Positions 16,834 to 26,762 of a stretch of 54,940 nucleotides of DNA are shown here, piece by piece. The notes under the pieces were generated by a model, which did not search any database, was not told the DNA's origin, and saw only the letters and a program-made list of their open reading frames with translations. Numbering within the stretch: the stretch's first letter is position 1; the number at the start of each line of letters is the position of its first letter. The position numbers and the translations under genes were made by a program. Source of the DNA: a virus (Duplodnaviria > Caudoviricetes); the IMG/VR virus record IMGVR_UViG_3300037264_005663, positions 1-54,940 of that record, one strand, 5' to 3'.

Positions 16834-17077
16834 TTCAATGACGCTAGACGGCACGAACGAAGTCTGTGTCTTTGTTGGTGGTGGGAGTTGGGACGGTCAT
16901 CGGTTTCTATTGTGGCGCCCGCTCCCTCTGGTGTTGAAGAGACCCATGTTCATAAACCAGGGAGTGATTCGGCCTCCAGGGGATCTCGATATCACGAAGT
17001 CCAATATCTTGATGCTCACGTTCCACCGTGATGGTCGCGATGACGAGGGTTGTGTCCGCTACGTCTACCAAGGATGA
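16826..17077 (+). CDS. Small GGPxDG-like protein
   Basis: VFVGGGSWDG...YVYQG. Confidence 0.5.
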   Translation: MNDSMTLDGTNEVCVFVGGGSWDGHRFLLWRPLPLVLKRPMFINQGVIRPPGDLDITKSNILMLTFHRDGRDDEGCVRYVYQG

Positions 17078-18741
17078 TCCATCGCGCCGGCGGATTCCCA
17101 AATCTCCCCTTCCCGTCAGCCCCTGACGACGATCCCTTCTCGGTAGTCCTGCCCGACGAGGTAGAATCCGACGACGACATCCTTGGCGAGTACGAGCGCG
17201 AAGCCGTTCGTGTTGCGCGTGTCGATCCCGTCACCTTCCTCGAGTACGCGTTCGACTGGAAGTGCTGTCCATTCCACGAAGAGTGGCAAGATTTCCTCAC
17301 CGAGAACAGGCGCGCGCAGATCTTTGCTCCTACCGAGCACGGCAAGACCGGCCAGATATCGCAGGGCCGGGTGCTGTGGGAACTCGGCCGTAATCCAAAC
17401 CTCCGAATAGTCATCGCCTCCGCCGGCTCGACACACGCCTCGAAACCGGTCGGGCTCATTAAGCAGGCCATCCAAGTCAATCCGCGCGTCAGGCGCGTAT
17501 TCCCATGGCTGCGGCGCGAGTCGGATCCCAACCGTATGCGGGCGTGGGGTACGACCAAAGTCATTGTAGCGCGCCCCGACCTCACCAACCGCGATTTCTC
17601 GCTCCAGGCCCTCGGCGTTCACGGTATCATCGAGGGCGCCCGCGTCGATCTCCTGGTACTGGATGATGTCCTCAACAATCTCAACACGGCGACCGCCGAG
17701 CAACGCGAGGCAGTTATCCAGTGGCTCAAGAGCACCGCCATCCCGCGAACGACTGTGCGCGCTCGAGTCTGGTCAGTCGGTACGCCGTGGCACATCGACG
17801 ACGCCATGCACTGGATAGAGAAGAATCCGGAGTACGTCTCCAAGCGTTACGACGCGGATGGCGGACTTTGGCCCGAACTCGTTATGTCTGAGGGCCAGGA
17901 ATACGGATGGCCCAAGTGGCGACTCGAGCAGCGCAAGAACGAAATAGGCACGCTCGAGTATAATCGCTGCATGCGGTGCCGCGCGCTCTCCGACGAAATG
18001 CGCATCTTCCAGGTGTCACACATCAACCGGTGCATCGAACTCAGCGGGAAGCGCGAATTCGCGAGAACCTATCGCGACAGCAGGCTTTATGTGGTGACCG
18101 GGCAGGACCTCGGACATCGAAAGAAGCGAAGTTCCAATGAGACGGTGCTTTTCACTGGTGGAGTCGATTTACAGACGGGGATTTACGAGACCATTTCCAT
18201 AGACAGCATCCGCGGCGAGATCGCCGATATTCTGCGCCTCATGATAGACGTCTACATCCGATATGCACCGCAGGAGTACGTGGTCGAGAACAACGCTGCC
18301 CAAGCATACCTCGAGCAATTCATACGACGCAAGGACGAGATCCTGCAGATCATCGGCGCCAAGGCCGACCCCAGGACCCCACAGATTCTGAATTTCCTGC
18401 GAATCATCCCGTTTACCACCGGTCGCCAGAAGGCGGATACCGAATTCGGAATCCGGGCCATGACCGCGGACTTCGAACACGCGCGATGGCGCGTTCATGA
18501 CAACGACCAGACCCACAGGTGGCGAGACGAAATGGACCGATATACCGAGACGTCACACCCGGGAGATCGGGTGATGGGTGGATGGTTCTGCTGGTGGCGC
18601 TTGCGTCAAAAGTCGCAACGGAGTAAGATACGGGTACTCAAGAGGTCAGGGGGACCACCAGATGGCCAGCAAGAAATCGGGGGGAGCACGCAAGACCGCG
18701 GAATCCAACCCCGCAGAATCCGCACCCTCCGGGCCAGGTAG
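17074..18741 (+). CDS. terL: Terminase large subunit
   Basis: APTEHGKT (Walker A-like), LLVLDD (Walker B), GTPWH..D, GQDLG, VVENNAAQ, HPGDRVM. Confidence 0.9.
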   Translation: MIHRAGGFPNLPFPSAPDDDPFSVVLPDEVESDDDILGEYEREAVRVARVDPVTFLEYAFDWKCCPFHEEWQDFLTENRRAQIFAPTEHGKTGQISQGRVLWELGRNPNLRIVIASAGSTHASKPVGLIKQAIQVNPRVRRVFPWLRRESDPNRMRAWGTTKVIVARPDLTNRDFSLQALGVHGIIEGARVDLLVLDDVLNNLNTATAEQREAVIQWLKSTAIPRTTVRARVWSVGTPWHIDDAMHWIEKNPEYVSKRYDADGGLWPELVMSEGQEYGWPKWRLEQRKNEIGTLEYNRCMRCRALSDEMRIFQVSHINRCIELSGKREFARTYRDSRLYVVTGQDLGHRKKRSSNETVLFTGGVDLQTGIYETISIDSIRGEIADILRLMIDVYIRYAPQEYVVENNAAQAYLEQFIRRKDEILQIIGAKADPRTPQILNFLRIIPFTTGRQKADTEFGIRAMTADFEHARWRVHDNDQTHRWRDEMDRYTETSHPGDRVMGGWFCWWRLRQKSQRSKIRVLKRSGGPPDGQQEIGGSTQDRGIQPRRIRTLRAR

Positions 18742-20368
18742 CCGCGTGGTGGTCCCTCGACGGCTCAAGGCGTATACCGCAGGCGCCGGGCGGGGCGATC
18801 CAGGCCGCGGTGTCGGGCGGTCCCGGCAGGAACATGAAACGTGGGCCGGGCGCACTGGCGCCCCCTCTCTGGTGGAACCGCCGCTCGACCTCGCCGACCT
18901 CGCGGGGCTCCTCCTCGAAAGTACCGATTTCTCGGCCTGCGCATTCCAGATAGCCGCCGATACCGTGGGGCTGGGTTACGACCTCGAGGAGACGGAAACG
19001 GGGAAGGTCACTCCCAAGGACCAGATGGAGCGCGACCGCAGGGCGGTCAATGAATTCTTCGAGAATGCGCCTGGCGGACAGGACGAGGAGATGGCCGCCG
19101 GCGACGAGACACTCGAGCAGACGCTGACCTGCTCGGCTGTGGACTGGGAATCCGGCGGCAACGGCTACATCGAGATATCGCGTGACGAGGAGTACACGGC
19201 TGACGGTCTGTATCACCTCCAGGGCACGCGCATGCGAATCCGGAAGGACCGCCGCGGGTTCGCGCAGATAAGCCCCAGCCGTTCCAAGGTCGTCTGGTTC
19301 CGCAATTTCGGATCGCCAAAGGAACTCGGGGTTGACTGGCCGGGACGGTTCATCGCCCCCGATGAAGACAAGAGTATGCTGCTCAACGAGGTGCTGTGGG
19401 TTCGGCACTATCATCCGGCTAGCTTCTTCTATGGTCTGCCGCGCATCGTCCCTGCTATTTCTGCCGTGCGCGGGAACACGTTCTCCGCAGACCGCAATAT
19501 CAAATTCTTCTACAACAAAGCACTGCCGGAGATTGCGATTCTCGTTGAAGGGAACACCGAGACTGTCGGCGACGAGGACATGCAGGCATTTATCGACGAA
19601 ATCTGTGACCACTTTATGACGGAGCTCCAGGGCGAGCACTTCAAACCGCTCATTCTCCAGCTTCCGCAGGGCATCACGATCAAGATAGAGAAAATGTCGC
19701 CGGAGATGAAGGACGCCGACCACCGCACCTATCGAATCGACAACCGCGATGAAATTCTGCGCGCACACAATATGATGCCGAACCGGCTGGGAATCATCGA
19801 GTCCGGCAACTTGGGAGGCGGTACCGGCGAGTCACAGATCGAAATCTACAAGCAGAGTGTTACACGCCCTCGCCAGGGCATCTGGAATCGCAAGCTCACG
19901 CGTGTAATCGAGTTGGGCCTCGGCATCAAGACGTTGCGTTTCAAGTTGCGCGAAATCGACACCATCGACGAATCGCGCGAGGCACTCATCCTCCAGATCC
20001 TCGTGCTCACGGGGACCATGACGGTGAACGAAGCACGCAAATTCGCACGCGAGCGGCTCCAGGTGGAGTGGCTGGAGAAAATCGAAGACCAGTGGGCCGA
20101 CCTTCCGCTCCCTGTGATCCAGCCGCAACTTGCGCTTTTGCCGCTGGGCCTGGAATCAATAGAGCCCGTCCAGGACCCAACGGAACCCGTGGGTCCGCAC
20201 GCTCCATCGCTCGCCGGGGGGAAAAATGGACTCCTCCAGAGGATCCTCGTTGATGACGCCTACAAGCGCCTCGTGCGGAAGGTGGGTGGACGGACCGGAG
20301 GGAACGGTGCTGGTGGTGCCGTTCCGGAAGGCCGCACGCGCACGTCGTCGCACAACCGGTCTCGATAA
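18662..20368 (+). CDS. Portal protein
   Basis: GNGYIEI.RD, FYGLP, FFYNKALP, EILRAH.M.P..LG, TVNEAR. Confidence 0.9.
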   Translation: MASKKSGGARKTAESNPAESAPSGPGSRVVVPRRLKAYTAGAGRGDPGRGVGRSRQEHETWAGRTGAPSLVEPPLDLADLAGLLLESTDFSACAFQIAADTVGLGYDLEETETGKVTPKDQMERDRRAVNEFFENAPGGQDEEMAAGDETLEQTLTCSAVDWESGGNGYIEISRDEEYTADGLYHLQGTRMRIRKDRRGFAQISPSRSKVVWFRNFGSPKELGVDWPGRFIAPDEDKSMLLNEVLWVRHYHPASFFYGLPRIVPAISAVRGNTFSADRNIKFFYNKALPEIAILVEGNTETVGDEDMQAFIDEICDHFMTELQGEHFKPLILQLPQGITIKIEKMSPEMKDADHRTYRIDNRDEILRAHNMMPNRLGIIESGNLGGGTGESQIEIYKQSVTRPRQGIWNRKLTRVIELGLGIKTLRFKLREIDTIDESREALILQILVLTGTMTVNEARKFARERLQVEWLEKIEDQWADLPLPVIQPQLALLPLGLESIEPVQDPTEPVGPHAPSLAGGKNGLLQRILVDDAYKRLVRKVGGRTGGNGAGGAVPEGRTRTSSHNRSR

Positions 20369-21155
20369 ACCAGCCCGCGACCTCCAAGAGGACCTCGCGC
20401 GATCAGCGAGGATACTCCGCCGGGATGTCACCTCGCGGCTCGTCGGCGGTGGCGCCATCCAGCGCATCGCACGTCGTGCGGAGAAGGCGGCCGGCGACCG
20501 CGTCGTATTCCAGGAGACGGTGGACCTCGAGGGCATCTTCGAAGAGTATCGGTTGCGTGTGGCTGGCGACCTGAACGGCTCCGCGGTACGCTCCTACAAT
20601 CTCTCCGGCCAGAACACTCTAGTCACTCTCGGTGGCCGCGGTAATTTCGAGTTGCGAAACCCCAGGATACTTGCGGCGCTGGAGGAGCGCGCGAACATGC
20701 TCGCCGGCGGAGTGGTGGATTCCGTGTTCGATGGCATCCGCGACACCATACGAGTAGGGCTGTACGACGAGCGCAAGGGCGTGGAGGAGATAGCACGGCG
20801 CCTCAGTGACCGTTTCGACATCCTCGAGCGCAGCCGGGCGCGGATGATCGCCCGCACCGAGACCCTGGTGGCGATAGAGCGCGCCACGCAGGAGTCGTTC
20901 GTAGAGAACGGGATCGCCGAGAAACAATGGGCGGCGGCGATCCTGAATCCGACCCCACCGCGCCCCAGCCACATGGCGGCACATGGGCAGACAGTCCGGG
21001 TGTTGGAACCATTCAAGGTGGGGGATTCCAACCTCATGCACCCGGGAGACCCCGACGGGCCGGCGAAGGAAATCATCAATTGCCGGTGCGACGAACTCGC
21101 CATGATCCCCGAATTCCTGGATGTCACCGAGTTGTGGATGGGTGAAGCAGCCTGA
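20253..21155 (+). CDS. Head morphogenesis protein (SPP1 gp7 / Mu gpF family); start uncertain
   Basis: RARMIARTET, R.SH...HGQ, HPGDP.GPA.EIINCRC. Confidence 0.88.
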   Translation: MTPTSASCGRWVDGPEGTVLVVPFRKAARARRRTTGLDKPARDLQEDLARSARILRRDVTSRLVGGGAIQRIARRAEKAAGDRVVFQETVDLEGIFEEYRLRVAGDLNGSAVRSYNLSGQNTLVTLGGRGNFELRNPRILAALEERANMLAGGVVDSVFDGIRDTIRVGLYDERKGVEEIARRLSDRFDILERSRARMIARTETLVAIERATQESFVENGIAEKQWAAAILNPTPPRPSHMAAHGQTVRVLEPFKVGDSNLMHPGDPDGPAKEIINCRCDELAMIPEFLDVTELWMGEAA

Positions 21156-21226
21156 CCACCCTATCCGTTCTTGGCCTCTTCTGACAAATTCCATATGCTC
21201 TTTTGCGTCTTCTAGCAACTGAAGTA

Positions 21227-21255
21227 TTGACAGCCCATGGGGGCCAGTGTTAAGT
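21227..21255 (+). promoter_or_regulatory. Putative sigma70-type promoter for head genes
   Basis: TTGACA, then a spacer containing GGGGGCCAGTG, then a weak -10 (TTAAGT); AT-richer intergenic gap. Confidence 0.5.
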
Positions 21256-21263
21256 GATACCCG

Positions 21264-22196
21264 ATGCCGTACACCGAGAGCGATCCACCGGAGGCGATTA
21301 AGGCTCTCCCCAAGGACGCCCAGCGGATCTGGGTCAGTGCCTTCAACTCCGCATTCCGCGCACTCGAGGGTTCGTCCAAGGACCGCGAACAGCGCGCCCA
21401 CCGTATCGCGTGGTCTGCCGTGAAGCAGAAATTCCAGCAGAACGAGAACGGCAAATGGGCCGAGAAGAGGTCCGCGAAGCGCTCATTCGTCGCCGGCGAC
21501 CGCATCGTGGTCGAGATGAATGAAGGCCTGGACGGCTACAGTTCACTCACTCACCGCGCGGTTGATGCCGGGTTGGGCGTTTATCAGAACGAAGGGACGG
21601 ACCCCGAAACGGGCGCCCGCGAGGCGGCGGCCCTCTACTTCCTCCAGTCATCGGGTTGGGACGTTGCGCGCGCAGTTACATGGGCCCGCCAGTGGGCGAG
21701 TGTCCGGAATCAGAGTGTGAAGCGGGTGGGCATCGAATCCGACGATGACGACGGGGAGGATGAGACGCTCTTCGTCCCATTCCATGAGGGCCGGCTCCGC
21801 AAGTCGGTAGAAGATCCACTCCACGCGCGCAAGCGTATTGCATTCTGCGTGGTCTATTCACCGTGGGAGGTGGACATCCACGGAGACATGGCCACTCCCG
21901 ACGAAATCGAGAAGGCGGCATACGGATTCATGCGCAAGATGGCCCGCGGCGAAGCGGCCATCGGGATCCAGCACCAGAAGTGGGGTGGCATCGGCCACGT
22001 CGCCGAGACCTTCATCGCCCGGTCTGGTGATTCCGATTTCAACGAAGGAGAATGGGTCGTGGGTGTGGAGTTTACCGAGGGCGCCTGGCAAAAGGTGTTG
22101 AACGGCGAACTTACAGGGCTGTCCATGGGCGGACACTGGAACCGCATCCCGGTGGACGAGACTGCGGATCTCGCAGCCACCGGGACGGAGGGGTGA
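21264..22196 (+). CDS. ChaB domain plus XkdF-like prohead serine protease
   Basis: LPKDAQRIWVSAFNSA...AHRIAWSAVK (ChaB); VYSP..VDIHGD...EIEKAAY.F...QH...GLSMGG. Confidence 0.85.
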   Translation: MPYTESDPPEAIKALPKDAQRIWVSAFNSAFRALEGSSKDREQRAHRIAWSAVKQKFQQNENGKWAEKRSAKRSFVAGDRIVVEMNEGLDGYSSLTHRAVDAGLGVYQNEGTDPETGAREAAALYFLQSSGWDVARAVTWARQWASVRNQSVKRVGIESDDDDGEDETLFVPFHEGRLRKSVEDPLHARKRIAFCVVYSPWEVDIHGDMATPDEIEKAAYGFMRKMARGEAAIGIQHQKWGGIGHVAETFIARSGDSDFNEGEWVVGVEFTEGAWQKVLNGELTGLSMGGHWNRIPVDETADLAATGTEG

Positions 22197-22197
22197 T

Positions 22198-23361
22198 ATG
22201 GCGAAGCGCGTTCATTGGTTGAAGGACATCGACCTCGACGAGATTTCGGCCGTGGACGTCGGAGCCAACCGCAAGCGCTTCCGTTACTTCAAGAGCGAGG
22301 GAGGGCCGGGCATGAAGAGCGTCCACGCGCGACGGCGCGGCAAACAGGAGGAGCCACCGCCGGAGGAGACGCCGGTGGACGAAACGCAGCCCGAATCTCC
22401 GATGATGGAGGAGGGCGTGGCCCTCTATCCTTGGGAGCAGTGCGTGCGGGACATGGAGGTCGCCTTCTCGAAGGACGACGGTCCGCGTGTCGCCGCGTTG
22501 CTCTTGGCGAAGTACGGGGAAGGTGAGAACGGCTCAATCAAGATGCCGTCAGACATCGACCCCATCGAAGCAGCGAAGGCCGCGATCGGCGAGGCCAAAG
22601 GGCTGCTGAAGGAGAGTCCTCTGTTGCGTCCGGAAGGAAACGCCAAAGCGACCACCGCGACGAAATCGGCAATGCTCGGTGCGTTGTCCGAGTTCTTCTC
22701 GGATCTTCTGCCGCGCGGGAAGAAGGTCAGCGGGCACAAGAGCGCGGGCGCCGCGGTTGCGGACGCCGAGGACGAGGATCAGGATGGCGTCGATGTCGGC
22801 GCCCAGATCCTCGAGGAGCTGCAGAAGCTCAACAGCAGCATCTCCGGCACGAAGGCGAAGGCGAAGCCCAAGGGCAAGACCAAGCCGAAGCCCGGGAAGT
22901 TCAAGGTGAAGCCCAAGTCGCGCAGCAAGGATGCCGACGAGGACGAGAGCCCCGACGAGGACGACGACGAGGAACCGAAGGACAAAACGAAGTCCGACGG
23001 TGATGACTCTGACGCGGAAGACGACTCCGACGAGGAGGAAGAGGTCAAGGAGGACGCCGACGCCGACGACGAGGACGAGGGCGCCGAGAAGGGAGAATTG
23101 GCCGAGGTCGCCAAGGCCATCCGCAGTGTGGGCAAGAGTCTCAAGGACATCAACCAGCGCCTCGATCTCCTCGAGGAGGCGGGACCGCGCCGGCGCGGGA
23201 AGTCCTCCGCCATCCATGACGAGGACGACGACGCGGAACCCACCGTCCATCGCTCGTTCCTCTTCCCCGGGGCCCGGATGGACCACAAGGCAGTCGAGCC
23301 CTATGTCAAGAGCGTGAAGGAGCGCGCCAAGGCGCGCGAACGGAGTCCCAAAGTCGCGTAA
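22198..23361 (+). CDS. Scaffold-like protein with N-terminal protease strand
   Basis: LDEISAVDVGAN; long acidic/basic low-complexity region; precedes the capsid gene. Confidence 0.7.
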   Translation: MAKRVHWLKDIDLDEISAVDVGANRKRFRYFKSEGGPGMKSVHARRRGKQEEPPPEETPVDETQPESPMMEEGVALYPWEQCVRDMEVAFSKDDGPRVAALLLAKYGEGENGSIKMPSDIDPIEAAKAAIGEAKGLLKESPLLRPEGNAKATTATKSAMLGALSEFFSDLLPRGKKVSGHKSAGAAVADAEDEDQDGVDVGAQILEELQKLNSSISGTKAKAKPKGKTKPKPGKFKVKPKSRSKDADEDESPDEDDDEEPKDKTKSDGDDSDAEDDSDEEEEVKEDADADDEDEGAEKGELAEVAKAIRSVGKSLKDINQRLDLLEEAGPRRRGKSSAIHDEDDDAEPTVHRSFLFPGARMDHKAVEPYVKSVKERAKARERSPKVA

Positions 23362-23412
23362 ACCCCCAACCCCACCGGAAGTGGGTCTGGAGTCAGAGAA
23401 GGGAGCCACGAA

Positions 23413-24483
23413 GTGAAAACAGGATTCCGGCGGGCGGGGGAACTCCTCGGAGTGGGCCCGACCAGCCGAAAGCGTGACAACTACGATTACCGCAAGGCGA
23501 TCACGACCGACTCGGCGCCGTCAGTTATCCAGGAGGAGGATGCTGACCGCCTCATCGACCTCATCGTGGACGAGTCCAAGACGTGGCAGATGGCGAGTGT
23601 CGTCCGTATGCGTACGCAGGAGAAGATCGTGCGTTACGTCGATCTCACCGACGCCATCATCCGCCCGCGGGTGTGCGGCACCGAACACGACACCGCGTCC
23701 ATCACGGCCAGTGCGTGTACGCTGCACACCCAGGATCTCGTGGTGCAGTTCTACATTTGCGACGACATGCTCGACTACAACCTCGAGGGACCGGAACTCG
23801 AGGCGCACGTGCTCCGCATGGTCGCCAAAAAGATGGCGAACGAACTCGAGATCCTCGCGTGGATGGCGAACACTGACGGCAGCTACTCGACCTCCCTCGT
23901 TCACGCGAGCACTCTCGCCTTGTTCGACGGATGGTACAAGCAGCTGCAGGATGGCCACGTCATCGACGCAGGTGATGCGGTGGACACGTCGGGGCGCGCG
24001 CTCCACGTCTGCAAATTCACCGATCTCATGCGGGCGCTGCCGACCAAGTGGCGAACCGACAAGGGCGCGCTGCGGTACTTCATGCCCGACGACATGCACC
24101 TGGACTGGCAGTCGATCCTCGCCGGCCGGCAGACCGGTCTCGGCGATCAGGTCTTGACTGGTGGTGCGGTGGACAAGTTCGGCGTGACTCCCATTGTGCC
24201 GGTGCCGCTGCTCCCTACCGACCTCACGAACTGCTCGTCTGGATCCTTCGCGCCGGCCAATGGGGCGTTCATGGCGCTGTCGGATCCGGCCAACTTCGTG
24301 CTCGGCATCCAGAAGCAGATGGAGTATGAGCGCTGGCGTGAAGCGCAGAAGGCGCGCACGTGGCACATCTGGAATATCCGCTTCGACGCCAAGATCTGTG
24401 TGCCCGACGCGACGGCGCTGTACGACTGCATGCAGATCGGACCGTGTTCGGATCTCTACTGCCAGGCGCAGGCCTGCGTCTAG
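23413..24483 (+). CDS. Major capsid protein (HK97 fold, XkdG-like)
   Basis: EDADRLIDLIVDES, DDMLDYNLEG, FDGWYKQ, LMRALPTKW, DPANFVLG; size and position fit. Confidence 0.88.
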   Translation: MKTGFRRAGELLGVGPTSRKRDNYDYRKAITTDSAPSVIQEEDADRLIDLIVDESKTWQMASVVRMRTQEKIVRYVDLTDAIIRPRVCGTEHDTASITASACTLHTQDLVVQFYICDDMLDYNLEGPELEAHVLRMVAKKMANELEILAWMANTDGSYSTSLVHASTLALFDGWYKQLQDGHVIDAGDAVDTSGRALHVCKFTDLMRALPTKWRTDKGALRYFMPDDMHLDWQSILAGRQTGLGDQVLTGGAVDKFGVTPIVPVPLLPTDLTNCSSGSFAPANGAFMALSDPANFVLGIQKQMEYERWREAQKARTWHIWNIRFDAKICVPDATALYDCMQIGPCSDLYCQAQACV

Positions 24484-24527
24484 GGAGAACGTCTCTGGGT
24501 TGATTTTCGTCGCGCCGCCGCGCGATA

Positions 24528-24570
24528 GGAGCGGGGCTTCCTGGTAGGGCCACACCAGGGGCCCCGGCTC
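24528..24570 (+). terminator. GC-rich hairpin after the capsid gene (attenuator/terminator-like; no U-tract)
   Basis: GGAGCGGGGCTTCCTGG...CCAGGGGCCCCGGCTCC. Confidence 0.4.
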
Positions 24571-24629
24571 CGCCATCTCACCGGGGTCACGGCGGTGGTC
24601 CCTCCGCCCTCCGATAGCGAGACCGAAAA

Positions 24630-25703
24630 GTGAAACAGCGACCGCTTCGCTTACAACTGAAGCGCGGCCTGACATGGAAATCGGGCTCGTATCTGTTTCG
24701 TCGTGGGATGCCGGTCACGATCTCAGACGAACCCACCTACTATCACCTGCTGCGCAGTGGTTACGTCATAGATCCGGACCAGCTCCTGCGGTATATCAAC
24801 CCACGGATGATGCGTCGCGTGCCTGACGGTTCTGAGGTGTTGGTCATGCGTGATATCGGTCTTGGCGATGTACTCATGGTGTCGGTGGCCGCTCGAGCGC
24901 TGGCCGAACAATGGCCGAAACTCAAGATCAGCCTCGCAACAGACAGCCGCTATCTGGAACTGTTCCGGCATGCAGCATTCCTACATCGTGTAGTCGCGAT
25001 AGCCTCGATCGAGGGGCGCCAGGAATATGTGCTCGATCTCCGCGGGTGGTCGGAACGCGCACCACAGCGTCATGTCCGCGATCGTATCGAGATTTTCGGT
25101 GTTGCGCTCGGAGTCGAGGTTCGCGATTTTACGATTCCGTATCGAGTCACACCACAGGAGCAAGAGGTCGCCCTGACCACTCTGGGGGATGCACCACAGC
25201 CCACAGTCGCCCTCGCCATTCGCGGTTCAACTCGCGTGCGCACTTGGCCGATGCGCCACGTGCAGGCGTTCGCTGCGATGGCCGTCGAGCGTGGGTGGGG
25301 TGTCGTGCTGATCGACAACTCTGAGCATGAGTTCCCGGTGGGGGGAATCAAGAACCTTGCCGGAAAGCTGGGGATGCGAGGACTCGCTGCGGTACTCGCT
25401 GAATGCGATCTCGTCGTGGCACCGGACACTGGCATCGTACACCTCGGCGAGGCAGTTGGTACGCCGACACTCGCCATTTATTCGACCATAGACCCCGCGG
25501 TGAGATTGTCGCATTACCAGAACGTGCAGGTGCTCTGGCGCGGCCACGACAGGAACGCCGCCGGCCAGAAGGAGTTGACTTGTTGTCCGTGTTGGGACCG
25601 CGGTTGTCACGACCTACCCTGCCTCGAGGGCATGACGCCGGAGCGCGTGATGGTGAAGGCGTGCGAGATGCTCGAAGGCGCGTCCGTCGCGGTCGGAGGT
25701 TGA
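24630..25703 (+). CDS. GT9 (heptosyltransferase-like) glycosyltransferase with a small extra N-terminal domain
   Basis: RDIGLGDVLM; RTWP; DLVVAPDTGIVHLGEAVGTPTLAIYS; CCPCW...CLEGMTPERV. Confidence 0.9.
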   Translation: MKQRPLRLQLKRGLTWKSGSYLFRRGMPVTISDEPTYYHLLRSGYVIDPDQLLRYINPRMMRRVPDGSEVLVMRDIGLGDVLMVSVAARALAEQWPKLKISLATDSRYLELFRHAAFLHRVVAIASIEGRQEYVLDLRGWSERAPQRHVRDRIEIFGVALGVEVRDFTIPYRVTPQEQEVALTTLGDAPQPTVALAIRGSTRVRTWPMRHVQAFAAMAVERGWGVVLIDNSEHEFPVGGIKNLAGKLGMRGLAAVLAECDLVVAPDTGIVHLGEAVGTPTLAIYSTIDPAVRLSHYQNVQVLWRGHDRNAAGQKELTCCPCWDRGCHDLPCLEGMTPERVMVKACEMLEGASVAVGG

Positions 25704-25704
25704 T

Positions 25705-26091
25705 GTGGCACGGGTGACTATCGGCCGCGTGCTCAGTTACCTGGTCGATTCCATAGTCGCTCGGTTTTTCGTGGACGAACAAGTGTTCGTATCGAAGACG
25801 CTCGACTGGGCGGGCGCGATAACCGGATCGACCATCTGGGACCCGACCACAGGAACGAGATTCAACATCACGGACATCGAGATTGGTTGCAGTGCCGCCT
25901 CTACGGTCACAATCTTCGACGAGACCGATGACACAACGAACCGCGTCTGTAAATTCGACCTGTCGCAGTACGGGGGCGTGGTGATTACATATCGGAAGGT
26001 GCGACGCAGTGCTGCGGTAGACAACATCCTGAAGGCGACTTGCTCGGCCGCTGGCGGATACATCACCGTGAGTGGATACGAGTCTTCATGA
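25705..26091 (+). CDS. Putative virion structural protein
   Basis: Beta-rich; position in head module. Confidence 0.55.
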   Translation: MARVTIGRVLSYLVDSIVARFFVDEQVFVSKTLDWAGAITGSTIWDPTTGTRFNITDIEIGCSAASTVTIFDETDDTTNRVCKFDLSQYGGVVITYRKVRRSAAVDNILKATCSAAGGYITVSGYESS

Positions 26092-26762
26092 GCCTCGCGT
26101 GGTCGCGCTTCATCATGGACCCGGGGTATAACCCGATGCTTCCGCCGTTCCCGATAGACATGGTAGCAACACAAACCTGGGTCGGGACGTACCAGGGATG
26201 GTACGGATCGCGCGGTACGAACAACGCAACACAGAAGACGTTCGAGGGCGGTTTCGAATTCGATTTCGGTTCCCATGCGACTAATACTGGAGACACCATC
26301 TTCATTCGTGGCTTCAACGTCGTGTCTCCGCTGATGAACCAACCTCTTACAGGATCCATTACCTTGGTGGCCAACATCCATTGTCGCCGCGAGAACTTGA
26401 CTGCTGGTATCACGGTCCGTCCTGTCGCCGCATTCTACGTGTGGAACGCGAACGATACAGTTGGGACGGTATACGCCAATGCGGTTGTGGGGCCGGTGGT
26501 GGGCGCCACGACTTATGGCGCCATCTCGAGCATGTCCTCGCTGCAAGCTGGCGGAGTGACGTTTCCCGCGGGCTGTCGATTTGGTGTTGATTTGTATTAC
26601 AGAGTGCAGAATGTGTCGGCTGGTGGGATTTTCGGTCGGTACGCGTACATGCAATTCGGAGACGCGACGTTGAACGGCAATTTTGGGGTGTCGGGAGCGT
26701 CCAATCTCAGGATGCTGCAGGGAATCTTGCAGCCAATGGCCGGCGCCTGGGGTGCGAATTGA
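26088..26762 (+). CDS. Putative virion decoration/fibre protein
   Basis: Gly/Thr/Asn-rich beta protein in structural block. Confidence 0.5.
   Translation: MSLAWSRFIMDPGYNPMLPPFPIDMVATQTWVGTYQGWYGSRGTNNATQKTFEGGFEFDFGSHATNTGDTIFIRGFNVVSPLMNQPLTGSITLVANIHCRRENLTAGITVRPVAAFYVWNANDTVGTVYANAVVGPVVGATTYGAISSMSSLQAGGVTFPAGCRFGVDLYYRVQNVSAGGIFGRYAYMQFGDATLNGNFGVSGASNLRMLQGILQPMAGAWGAN

Noticed and set aside
22900-23240. GAC/GAG-rich repetitive DNA
   Set aside because: It simply encodes the acidic low-complexity region of the scaffold protein.
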